64,000 bases of DNA from an uncultured Candidatus Rokubacteria bacterium (GTDB lineage Bacteria > Methylomirabilota > Methylomirabilia > Rokubacteriales > DASRDR01): contig CAWDVE010000010.1 in the NCBI GenBank assembly GCA_963805625.1, positions 2,080,001 through 2,144,000 of the forward strand, read 5' to 3'. How positions within the stretch are numbered: position 1 is the stretch's first letter; each line of letters begins with the position of its first letter. The notes under the pieces are model-generated. The model was not told the DNA's origin. It saw only the letters and a list, made by a program, of their open reading frames with translations, and searched no databases. Below are positions 19,759 to 28,983 of the stretch, in pieces. The translations under genes were made by a program, and so were the position numbers.

Positions 19759-21507
19759 GTGAGCGCTGACCGGCGTTCGGGGCGTGCCCCGAGCCCCGGC
19801 CTGCCCGGCTGGGCCGTGGACCTCGTCACCCTCTACGAGAGCCACGCTACCAACCACTTCATCCTCCACGGCAACGTCCACGACCGGTTCCTCCTTCCGC
19901 TGGGAGACGGGGCCACGCTCGGCAGCCTGGCCGATTTCCTGCTCCGGGTCCTGATGCCGCGCTTCGACGTCGTCCTCAGCTACGACCTCGGCAACGGCAT
20001 CCGCGTGGAGAAGGGCGAGGAGCTCTTCGCCCGGTGGCCGTACGTCAAGGAGACCCCGCAGCTTCCGCGGAGCCCCCGGGAGGCGGTCGAGGTCCTGACG
20101 CGCTACCTGCGCTACTGCGCCAACCTCGGACGCCTCGGCCACGATCAGTCGCAGGTGGGCGTGATCGTGCACGGCGCGGATCTGGTCGCGCCCCCGCCAG
20201 CCGGCGCGCTCCACTACGACCTCAACGCGCTCGCCGTCCTCATGCGCGAGTGGAGCGCGAGCACCGAGCTCCTCCAGCACCCGCTTGCCACGTTCCTCCT
20301 CGCGGAGAACCTGAATGACCTTCACCCGCTCCTGGTCCACAACCCCCGCGCGGCGCGGGTCCTGGTTCCGCTCCCGTCGGCCGACGAGCTCACGCGCGGG
20401 CTCGAGGTCCTGGCAGAGCACTATCCGGTGGCGCAGGGCGAGTACGCCGGCCGCGCCGGGGACCTGGCGCAGCAGCTCGCCGGGGCGAGCCTCGGCGCTG
20501 TCGAGAGCCTGCTGAAGGTCAAGGAGCACGCGAAGGAGCCGCTCGCGCCCGCGGACCTCGTGGCGCTCAAGCGCCGGCTCGTCGAGGACGACACCCAGGG
20601 ACTCGTGGAGTTCGTCCAGTCGGACAAGACCCTCGACGCCCTCGAGGGGCTCGAGCGGATCAAGGCGTCGCTGCGCCAGGACCTGGCGCTCTGGCGACGG
20701 GGTGACCTCCAGGCCCTGCCGATGGGCTACCTCTTCTGCGGTCCGGTCGGCACGGGCAAGACCTTCCTGGTGGAGTGCCTCGCCGGCGAGGCGGGCGTGC
20801 CCGTGGTCAAGCTGAAGAACTTCCGGGACAAGTGGGTGGGCAGCACCGAGAGCAACCTCGAGAAGATCTTCCGGCTGCTCCACGCCCTCGGCCGGTGCTT
20901 CGTCTTCGTGGACGAGGCCGACCAGGCCCTCGGCAAGCGCGAGGCGGGGCCGGGCGACTCGGGGCTCTCGGGGCGCGTCTACTCGATGATCGCCGCCGAG
21001 ATGGGCAACCGGCAGAATCGCGGTCGGATCGTCTGGATCCTCGCGTCGAGCCGCCCCGACCTGATCGAGGTCGATCTCAAGCGCCCCGGCCGGATCGACG
21101 TCAAGGTGCCGATCTTCCCGACCTCGACGCCGGAGGAGGGCTTCGGCCTCCTCCGCGCCCTCTGCGCCCGGCGCGGCCTCGCGATTCCGCCGACGGCCCT
21201 CGAGGGCCTCCGGGACCGCATGCCGCCTCTCCTCACGGCGGGGGCGGCGGAGAGCCTCGCCGTGTGGCTCTACCGGGTGGTCCGCACGGAGGGACGGGAG
21301 CCTCTCGAGACGCTCCGCACGCGGCTCGCCGACTACCAGAGCCCCGTCCCTCCGGATGTGATGGACGCCCAGCTCGAGCTCGCGATCCGGGAGGCGAGCG
21401 ATCTCGAGTTCGTGCCGCCGTTCTTCCGCGAGCGGCGCTGGCGCGCAGGCGGGAACGGACCAGTGGGCTCGGCGGAGGTCCGGCCCGGCCGGCCAGGCCG
21501 CTCCTAG
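19759..21507 (+). CDS. Classical AAA+ ATPase with a degenerate N-terminal AAA-like domain
   Basis: Walker A GPVGTGKT, pore loop DKWVGSTESN, Walker B FVFVDEAD, SRH SSRPDLIEVDLKRPGRID. N-terminal HFILHGNVHD segment. Confidence 0.92.
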   Translation: MSADRRSGRAPSPGLPGWAVDLVTLYESHATNHFILHGNVHDRFLLPLGDGATLGSLADFLLRVLMPRFDVVLSYDLGNGIRVEKGEELFARWPYVKETPQLPRSPREAVEVLTRYLRYCANLGRLGHDQSQVGVIVHGADLVAPPPAGALHYDLNALAVLMREWSASTELLQHPLATFLLAENLNDLHPLLVHNPRAARVLVPLPSADELTRGLEVLAEHYPVAQGEYAGRAGDLAQQLAGASLGAVESLLKVKEHAKEPLAPADLVALKRRLVEDDTQGLVEFVQSDKTLDALEGLERIKASLRQDLALWRRGDLQALPMGYLFCGPVGTGKTFLVECLAGEAGVPVVKLKNFRDKWVGSTESNLEKIFRLLHALGRCFVFVDEADQALGKREAGPGDSGLSGRVYSMIAAEMGNRQNRGRIVWILASSRPDLIEVDLKRPGRIDVKVPIFPTSTPEEGFGLLRALCARRGLAIPPTALEGLRDRMPPLLTAGAAESLAVWLYRVVRTEGREPLETLRTRLADYQSPVPPDVMDAQLELAIREASDLEFVPPFFRERRWRAGGNGPVGSAEVRPGRPGRS

Positions 21508-21517
21508 CCGGCGGCCC

Positions 21518-23216
21518 ATGTCCGGGTGGGCGATCGATCTCGGCAACAGCCACACGCGCGTCGCGCGGTGGGATCCCAAGCAGGGCGGCCCGCGCCTCCT
21601 GGAGCTGCCCGCGATCTGTCGGAAGCCGGGCGAGGAAGAGCCGCTCGCCGCGCCCCGGCTCATCCCGAGCGCGACCGACGTGGTCGAGCATCTCGATCTC
21701 CAGGCCCGGATCGGCCGCTGGCCCTTCATCGCGCAGCGCTGGTTCCTCGGACGGCTCGCCTACATCGGGCGCGAGGCGCTCGAGCGGAGCGCGGCGCTCG
21801 GGCGCCCGACGTTCGTCCCGAACTTCAAGCTCTACCTGGACCGCGAGGCCACGCGGCCGCTGGCGCGCGCGGGCGGGCGCGCCTACACGGCGCGCGACGT
21901 CGCCCGGCTCTTCGTGCGGGAGCTCCTGGCGGAGATCGAGCGCGAGACCGGCGAGCGCATCCGCGACGTCGTGCTGACGGCGCCCGTCGATGCATACGAG
22001 ACGTACCGGGCGGAGCTCTCGCGGATCGCGGGGAGTCTCGGCATCCGCCGGACGCGCTTCGTCGACGAGCCCGTGGCGGCCGCCCTCGGCTACGGCCTGG
22101 GCCTCGACAAGGCGCGCGTCGTGCTCGTCGTGGACTTCGGCGGGGGGAATTCGCACCTGGCCCTGGTCGGGTTCTCGGCGCGGGAGACCGAGGCGGGACG
22201 GGCGGAGGTCCTCGCGAAGGTCGGGCGGCTCCTCGGCGGGAACGACGTCAACCGGCTGGTGCTGGCCGAGCTCTGCCGGCGGCTCGAGTACCCGCTCGAC
22301 GAGTCGGGCGACGACGACGAGGCGGCGTTCTGGCAGCGGCTCATGCTCGCCGAGGCCTGCCGCGTCAAGGAGGCGGTCTACTTCAATCCGACGGCCACGT
22401 TCCACGCCACGCCGCCCGCGTACCTCCGCCGGGCCCCGGTCCTCGCGCGCGACGCGAAGCCCTGGGTCGAGTTCACCCGCGCCGACCTCGACGGCCTCCT
22501 CGAGCGGCACGGGGTCTACCGCCTGATCGGCGAGTGCCTCGAGGAGGTCCTGAAGGAAGGGGCGGCCCGCGGTGTCCGCGAGGACGACATCGAGGACGTC
22601 CTGATGGTGGGCGGCTCGACGCTCCTGCCGCGCGTCTACCCGTTCTTCGAGGAGCGCTTCGGCCGCGACCGCGTGCGCGCCTGGCAGCCCTTCGAGGCCG
22701 GCGTCTACGGCGCCTGCGCGCTTCGCGGCGGGACAGCTCAGCCACGCCGACTTCATCGTCCACGACTACGCGTTCGTGACCTACGACGCCAAGACCCAGG
22801 AGAAGGAGTACACGGTCGTCGTGCCCCGCGGGACGCGCTTCCCGACGGCGCCCGACTTCTGGAAGCGGCAGTTCGTGCCGACCTGCGCCCTCGGCGAGCC
22901 GGAGACGCTCTTCAAGCTCGTCATCTGCGAGATCGGCCGGGGCGTGGACGGCGATCGTCGGTTCGTCTGGGACCGGGCCGGCGAGGTCCACAAGGTGGAG
23001 CACGGGAGCGGCCGCGCCGACGCCGTGGTCGTGCCGCTCAACGAGGCGAATCCCGCCCTCGGCTACCTCGAGCCGCCGCACCCGCCGAGCGACCGACGGC
23101 CGCGACTCGAGATCGCGTTCGGCGTGAACGCGGAGCGCTGGCTCTGCGCCACGGTCCAGGACCTCCGCACCCGGCGCGTGCTCATGCAGGAGGCGCCCGT
23201 GGTGCGGCTGCTGTAG
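21518..23216 (+). CDS. Atypical Hsp70-family protein (about 565 aa, frameshift near 22720)
   Basis: AIDLGNSHT, VVLTAP, FVDEPVAAALGYG, VVDFGGG, LGGNDV, LMVGGST. Removing one base at gcc tgc gcg c ttc gives ACAFAAGQLSHADFIVHDYAFVTYD, which continues into ORF 22776-23216 (VVPRGTRFPT..LEIAFGVNAERWLCATVQDLRT). Confidence 0.88.
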
Positions 23217-23224
23217 CAACGCCG

Positions 23225-24702
23225 ATGGGCGACGGTTGGAGCGGCAGCCTTCTGCCGGACCTTTTTCGGTTTGCCGGATTCCTGGCACTGGTGGTGACGG
23301 TCGCGCTTCTCGTCTGGTACTTGTGGCTCTTGTGGCGGCAAGCCCGCGGGCGGGAGTTGCGAGCCCTGGCCCGGGACCTCGGGCTGACGTTTCGGTGGAG
23401 GGGCTCGGTGCCGCTCCTGACGGGCCAGTGGGACGGGTTCCGGGTCTCGTGGCAATTCGGGCGGGATACCGCGTTGGAGGTCCTGGACGTGGTCCTGGTC
23501 GAGGAATCGGAACGGGACCGGATGAGAGGTGGTGGACGGAGTGGAGGGTCGATGGGCAGGGCATTGTCCCGCACGAACTCGTCCTGCGCTCCCGCTTGAT
23601 GCCGAGCAGCGTCGCATGGTCCGCCGGCGACCCGGTGCTCGGCGTGGCCGCGCTGGACAGCCAGACTCGGAGCCTGCTCGCCGCGCTCCAGACGTCCGGC
23701 GTCTCGGTTGCAATCACCGCCGGGAAGGCTCTCGCTCGGACCCCTCACCTGGTCGACGACCAGCGGGCGGTGCGGCAAACATTCACGCACCTCGTGCGCC
23801 TGGTGCGGGGCCTCGCCTTCGAGCCCGCTGACGCACCCCAGCGGCTCGCCCGCCACGCGCATGAGGATCCTGATGGCGAGTGGCGCCTTCGAAGCCTCCT
23901 GTGCCTTCAGGATTCGTTTCCGGGCACCCCCGCTGCACGGGAGGCGAGCCGGATGGCGGCGACTGCGGGCCAGCCGGCACCGATGCGGCTCTCGGGAGCG
24001 GCGTTCCTCGGGGCCGAGGGCGTGCCGTTCCTCGAGGCACTGGCCGCGGATCGATCCGTCGACAGGGACGTCCGTCGTGCGGCGGCTCTCCACGGGGCGC
24101 TGGCGAGCCCCGTGCCCGATGCCCTGCGCCTGATCGCCCGATTCCGGTGGTTCTGGCGGGACTGGGACGTTCCCCAAGCCCTTGCCGATCGCGTCGCGGC
24201 GGTCACCGATGGCGCGCGTGAGCCCGTGCTGCTGGAGCTCGTGGCGGCCGAGGCGCCAAGTCTCCAGGTGGCGGCGGTGCGGGCACTCGCCCGGATCGGG
24301 ACGCGGGACGCGGTGGAGGCCCTCCAGGCCTGCGCTAGGCGCACGAACTCGGCCGGGGAGCTTCCCCGAGCGGCGCGCGAGGCAATCGCAGCGATTCAGG
24401 CCCGTCTCGGTGACGTGGCCGGACGCTTGTCGGTGGCCGTCTCTGACGACGGAATCGGTGGCTTGACGGCGGCCGACCAAGCGCAGGCCGGTGCTCTCTC
24501 GCCTGTCCCAGGCTCCACCGGGTGCTATCAGCCCTCCCACCGACCCACCACCCCCGGACGCGGGCCGCGAGACGCGACGGGGATCGGAGTGGACCCGCTC
24601 CTGACTCCTCCTCCTGGCCAATTCGTTCCCGATCGTGGGCGGCCCTTCAGCGCAACGCGACGCTGTCGGCGTCGACCTCGGCGCGAGCCGGTTGCTCCAT
24701 GA
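23225..24702 (+). CDS. Membrane-anchored HEAT-repeat protein (paralog C), frameshifted at about 23460-23525
   Basis: ATG 23225, 8 nt after the Hsp70 stop, gives a TM plus LARDLGL..LTGQWDGFRV. It continues in the 23236 frame with WRVDGQGIVP, HEAT motifs and AIAAIQARLG..GRLSVA, similar to paralog A. The 3' end is uncertain. Confidence 0.75.
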
Positions 24703-24811
24703 GCCCAGCGATCGCTCGGTGCACGTCGAGCTCGCCCTCGAGCACGCGGGAGAGTGTCGCCGTGACGGGCATGTGCAGGCGCTCGCGCGCGGCGAGCACG
24801 TGGACGATGCG
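24647..24811 (-). pseudogene. gpsA: Duplicate 3'-terminal fragment of gpsA
   Basis: 165 nt colinear with 37735-37899, with about 22 mismatches by hand count. Encodes RIVHVLAARERLHMPVTATLSRVLEGELDVHRAIAGLMEQPARAEVDADSVALR-stop. Confidence 0.9.
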
Positions 24812-24842
24812 GAACCGACGATGAAGGAGATCGCCGCGGGGC

Positions 24843-24938
24843 CTACGCCGCCGGGGGGTGCTGCGTCATGGCGGCCCAGATGAAGCCGACGAGTTCGCGG
24901 GCGAGGGCCGTCACCGCGACGGGAGGACGTTTGCCGTG
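24843..24938 (-). mobile_element. IS110-family transposase C-terminal remnant
   Basis: HGKRPPVAVTALARELVGFIWAAM matches the typical IS110 tail GK..V.vtAiARELxgFiWa. Confidence 0.7.
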
Positions 24939-25346
24939 CCCGCCCTCGGTCGCCGGCTCTACGCGGCGAAGCTCCCACGCGGCCAGGCCGGGGTCGCGTG
25001 GACGCGGTACCGGATCCGCCAGGCCGCGCTCGACGCCGCGGCGCCGCTGGGCCCGCTGCGCACACACTGCTCACGGAGATCGAGGTCGCGCCGGGCTTCG
25101 CGCTCGAGCGCCTCGGCGCGGCGCTCTACCGCCGCCAGCACGCGGCCGGCGCGCCCGGCCTCACGCCGGCCGAGTGGCAGCGGCTCTGGCAAGCCTATCG
25201 GGCGCGCCGGCCGGCTCGGTCGGCGTAGGGCGCCGCCTCACCGGTCCCGGGGCTTGCGCCGACGCCGGCGAGCCGCGCCACGATCTGCTAGGTTCTCAGC
25301 TGACTCAGGCACCGCGCTCGCTGTACGCCGGAGAATGGCTTCCGGG

Positions 25347-25991
25347 CTACTGCTGGCCGTACCTGGGGGAGTACGGGCCGTGGAGCAGCCCGCGGTCCCT
25401 GATCGCAAACTGCGCATTGGCTTGTTCCGCCACACTGCGGGCATGGTCCGTCGAGTAGCCGACGACCTGCACGAGGAGGGCGCCGACCAGGTCGGCGAGA
25501 ATGTTGCCCGACCCGCCGGAGCTGTTCTGCGCGACGATTGTGCCTTCCCAGAGCAGCGTGCCGGTCCGCGTGTCCACGAGCCTGGCCACCGCCGAGACGA
25601 CGGTGGTGCTGGCGAGCACCTGGTAGCGGGTCCCGTACTGCCTGAGGGTGATGTACAGGACCGCATCCGCGCCGATGATCTCGCGGATCTTGTCGAGCGG
25701 CGCCTGGGCCATCTCCCCCGGCGTGGGCAGGCCGTTTTCCTTGAGGAAGTGGTCCACCAAGACCACGGGATAGACGTAGTAGCCCAGCTCGGCCAGCGGC
25801 CGGGTCACGGTGGACAGGTACCCGTAGGTGCCCCTGATGTCCGTGCCCTCGTTCAGCGGCGGGAGGACCAGAATCGAGCGCGGTGGATGTGCCCGGTAGT
25901 TGGTGTAGTCGTACGCCTTGGCTGCGCAGCCCGTGGCCGTCAGCCCACAGAAGGCCGCAAGCAGCCCGATCCCCGCCCAGTGGGCGTTCAT
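25347..25991 (-). CDS. DUF799 / GNA1162-family lipoprotein
   Basis: Lipobox ATGC, YDYTNYRAHPPRSILVLPPLN, PLAELGYYVYPV, GLLHGPYSP. ATGA overlap with the upstream gene. Confidence 0.88.
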   Translation of the reverse strand: MNAHWAGIGLLAAFCGLTATGCAAKAYDYTNYRAHPPRSILVLPPLNEGTDIRGTYGYLSTVTRPLAELGYYVYPVVLVDHFLKENGLPTPGEMAQAPLDKIREIIGADAVLYITLRQYGTRYQVLASTTVVSAVARLVDTRTGTLLWEGTIVAQNSSGGSGNILADLVGALLVQVVGYSTDHARSVAEQANAQFAIRDRGLLHGPYSPRYGQQ

Positions 25992-26329
25992 TTCCCGCCC
26001 AGCCTGGTTAGTAAGCGGTCCATGAACACCGCGGACTCCGGGAATCTGGCCTTCTCGGTCTCGAACTCCCGGCGCGCCTCGTCCAGTCGTCCGATCTGGT
26101 AGTAGAGATAGCCGAGGTGCGCGTGAAATCCGGGCGGCACCGGTTTGTTCTCCGAGCGCGCCTTCTGGTAGTCCTGCTCGAGGAGCTCGATCTGCCGCTC
26201 GGGAGGCACCGCCCCCGGTTTGGCATACGTGGCGTAGACGACGGCCTCGTACTGGCCCCAGGAGTACAGGGTCGGGGCGGCGCACCCCGTGAGCATCACC
26301 AGCACGACCACCAGGCCCGTGTGAGTCAT
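25988..26329 (-). CDS. DUF4810-family TPR-like lipoprotein
   Basis: LTGC lipobox, LYSWGQYE, VPPGFHAHLGYLY, FETEKARFPES. Confidence 0.88.
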   Translation of the reverse strand: MTHTGLVVVLVMLTGCAAPTLYSWGQYEAVVYATYAKPGAVPPERQIELLEQDYQKARSENKPVPPGFHAHLGYLYYQIGRLDEARREFETEKARFPESAVFMDRLLTRLGGK

Positions 26330-26330
26330 G

Positions 26331-27026
26331 TCAGGGCCTGACGGGCGTCCACTTCCCGTGCTCCACGCCTTCGACCAGGCGGTTGACGGCCTCGCGGATG
26401 GCGAGATCCAGCACCTTGCCGTTCAGGGTGGAGTCATACGCGGAGGTGCCGCCGAATCCGAGCACTTCCCGGTTGCTGAGCGCGTACTCGCCGGCCCCCT
26501 GCACCGAGTAGACGACCTCCGAGGTGAGCACGTCGATCACGTTCAGGTTCACCTTGGAATAGGCGACCTGCTTCTTGCCGCTGCCGAGAATGCCGAACAA
26601 CTGGACGTCGCCGACTTCCTTGCGGCCAAACTCCGCCACGTCGCCGGTGATGGCGAAGTCGGCCCCCTTCAGCTGCTGTTGCGCGCGCCGGATGGCCGCC
26701 TCGCGCGCGATCTCCTCCATGTTGTCGCGCTCCACGACGGTGAAGCGGCCGGTCTGCTGGAGGTGGGTGATCAGGATGCCCTTGGCCTGGCCACCCAGAC
26801 GGTCCACCCCGTCGGAAAACAGTCCGCGCAGGTAGTTCGAGCGATTGTCGAACTTGCCCACCACCAGGGTGCTCTTCGGGCCCTGGTACGGCGTGCCCGC
26901 CGCCGCCACCTGCTGAGGCTGCAGGGTCTGGTGCGATTCCGTCGCACAGCCGACCAGTCCGACCGCGAGGGCCGTAGCCGAGATGCACAGGCGACACGAA
27001 CGAGCCCTTCGACGTTTCCTGGCCAT
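26331..27026 (-). CDS. CsgG/HfaB-family lipoprotein
   Basis: LVGC lipobox, VGKFDNRSNY, LITHLQQTGRFTVVER, ITGDVAEFGRKEVGD. Start at ATG 27026. Confidence 0.9.
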   Translation of the reverse strand: MARKRRRARSCRLCISATALAVGLVGCATESHQTLQPQQVAAAGTPYQGPKSTLVVGKFDNRSNYLRGLFSDGVDRLGGQAKGILITHLQQTGRFTVVERDNMEEIAREAAIRRAQQQLKGADFAITGDVAEFGRKEVGDVQLFGILGSGKKQVAYSKVNLNVIDVLTSEVVYSVQGAGEYALSNREVLGFGGTSAYDSTLNGKVLDLAIREAVNRLVEGVEHGKWTPVRP

Positions 27027-28050
27027 CCTGGATCCCTTCTCGCCCGCCGGAACGGTCCGGCCGGGGCGCGACCGTGTTCCGTCGGTCTCAGAACGTGACG
27101 AGGCGGCAGGGCTGCCGGGGCGAGATCCGTGGGCGCGCGGGAGGCGCGTGACGACGTCGAGCCACGTGAGACGAACTGACCCACCCCCCGATGCGCGTCG
27201 CCATGGCGCGATGCCCTCCGTCACAACAGGACGGCTGAGAGCCCCGTCTCCGGCAGATGTCCAGCGATTATGCCGGGCCGCTTCCCCGTCAACAAACCCG
27301 TTTCTCGTGGGCCTCTTGCCACCGAGCACCAAGCCGCCCCCGTGGTTCTGGAGTCTCCAAGCGTTGCTCCTGACCCGCCCAGACATGAGCAAGGACGACG
27401 CCAGGAGAGACCTACTGGACTTTCAAGGGTTTAGCTCTCTGGTGAGACCGGTGATCGAACTGGCCACCCGGTGAGCTGGGGGAAAGCTCGCCACCATGTG
27501 TCGCATCGCGGAGCGACTGACCCCCGGATCTGGATCGGGGTGGGTCTCGGGGTGAAGGAAGGGGCGGCCCGCGGAACCCGGCCTTCTGTCTGACGGGGCG
27601 AAGATTGACCGGACAGTCGCGGGCGCGACACACGTGAACCTCGCGCGACGCCTCGATCGGACGTATTCGTGAGTCTGCGAGGAACGATCCGAGGCTACCG
27701 GCAATGATGTCGCCGTCGGAACAGCGGAAGCAAAATGCCCAGCCGCCTCCCCGTCGTCGCGCGGCGCCATTCCCCGGTAGGACCGGGAGGCGGTCGGCCC
27801 AGAGCCCGGTCCGCGCGGCTCGAGCCTCCCGCCGCCGTTGCCTGGCCGTGCGCCCGCGCGCTACCCTTCTACCCTGCCCTCCTACCCTCTGGACACGGGG
27901 GCCGGATGGGCGAGGGGGAACCGAGAAACGTGGCTAGCACCTCCTTCTAGGTTCCGTAGCTGTCCCGCCGGCGAGATCTCGAGGACGCCTGCCGTCGCCG
28001 CCGACTCCGCCGGGAACTTCCGCGAGCTGTCCCGGTCTAAGGGAGCGATC

Positions 28051-28983
28051 ATGCCGCTGACACCCCTGGTCGCCGAGGCGCCTATACGCGACGCTCCACG
28101 CCAGCTCGACGCGGTGGTAGGCCCGCGGCCCTCCCGCGAGACCCCCGGTCCCCGCATCGCCAGGACGCTGGTCGCGGAGCTCCGGGACCCGCGCCTGTAC
28201 CAGATCGCGTGCCTCGGCGGTCTCCTCCTGTTCGGAGTCCTGCGCCTCGACCTCGAGGTCCGCGCCACGCACGCGGCCGTGATCCTCCTGACGGTGCTGG
28301 TCACCCAGTACGCGGGCACGCGCCTCGGCGCGGTCCCCCGATTCGATCCCCGGAGCGCGCTCATATCGGGCCTCTCGCTTTGCCTCCTCCTGCGGACGAA
28401 CGTGCCGCTCCTGGCAGCCCTGACCGCTGCGGTCGCGATCGGGAGCAAGTTCGTGCTCCGCATCCGGGGGAAGCACGTCTTCAATCCGACGAACTTCGCG
28501 CTCGTGGCCATGATTGCCCTGACCGGCCAGGTCTGGGTCTCGCCGGGCCAGTGGGGGAGTGGCGTCTTCTTCGGCTTTCTCCTCGCGTGTGCCGGTGGGC
28601 TGGTGGTGAACCGGGCCTCCCGGAGCGACGTGACGTACGCCTTCATCGGCTTCTACGCCGCCCTTCTTCTCGGCCGAGCCTGGTGGCTCGGGGACCCGCT
28701 GGTAGTCCCGCTCCACCGCCTCGAGAACGGAGCCCTCGTGCTGTTCACGTTCTTCATGATCTCGGATCCCCGGACCACCCCGGACTCGCGAGCGGGGCGG
28801 GTCCTCTTCGCCTTCCTCGTGGCGCTGGGCGCGTGGTTCGTCCAGTTCCGCCTGTTCCGGACGAACGGCCTCCTGTGGTCGCTCGCCCTGTGGTCGCTCG
28901 CGGTGCCGCTGATCGACCGGCTACTGCCCGGCGGACGCTACGAGTGGCGTCCGACCTCCGCAGAAAGGAGACACGTGTCATGA
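28051..28983 (+). CDS. Orphan RnfD/NqrB-like membrane protein
   Basis: DPRLYQI, SALISGLSLCLLLR, SKFVLRIRGKHVFNPTNF, FFMISDPRTTP. SD gggag before ATG 28051. Confidence 0.8.
   Translation: MPLTPLVAEAPIRDAPRQLDAVVGPRPSRETPGPRIARTLVAELRDPRLYQIACLGGLLLFGVLRLDLEVRATHAAVILLTVLVTQYAGTRLGAVPRFDPRSALISGLSLCLLLRTNVPLLAALTAAVAIGSKFVLRIRGKHVFNPTNFALVAMIALTGQVWVSPGQWGSGVFFGFLLACAGGLVVNRASRSDVTYAFIGFYAALLLGRAWWLGDPLVVPLHRLENGALVLFTFFMISDPRTTPDSRAGRVLFAFLVALGAWFVQFRLFRTNGLLWSLALWSLAVPLIDRLLPGGRYEWRPTSAERRHVS

Noticed and set aside
19759-21507. Calling the ATPase Vps4/CdvC, FtsH or ClpB
   Set aside because: No MIT domain, no TM or protease domain, only one intact AAA module, and an RPGR-type finger.
22700-22745. 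Programmed ribosomal frameshift in Hsp70 (and gpsA)
   Set aside because: No slippery heptamer or evident stimulatory element. Scattered indels are better explained by sequencing error.
21518-23599. 693-aa ORF suggesting an Hsp70-transmembrane fusion
   Set aside because: It arises from the frameshift near 22720. The true Hsp70 C-terminus is in the 22776-23216 frame and the TM segment belongs to the next gene (ATG 23225).
27030-28050. ncRNA or gene in the 1-kb gap between the CsgG and RnfD-like genes
   Set aside because: I could not recognise an RNA family, a convincing ORF or a repeat. A covariance-model search would be needed.
28209-28979. N-terminal 257 aa of the 711-aa ORF, and similar extensions at 4461, 26285, 27392 and 27838
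   Set aside because: Arg/Pro-rich off-frame read-through overlapping real genes or intergenic DNA. SD-supported starts lie downstream.
28051-28983. Rnf/Nqr respiratory complex
   Set aside because: Only a short D/B-like subunit is present, with no partner subunits in the window.
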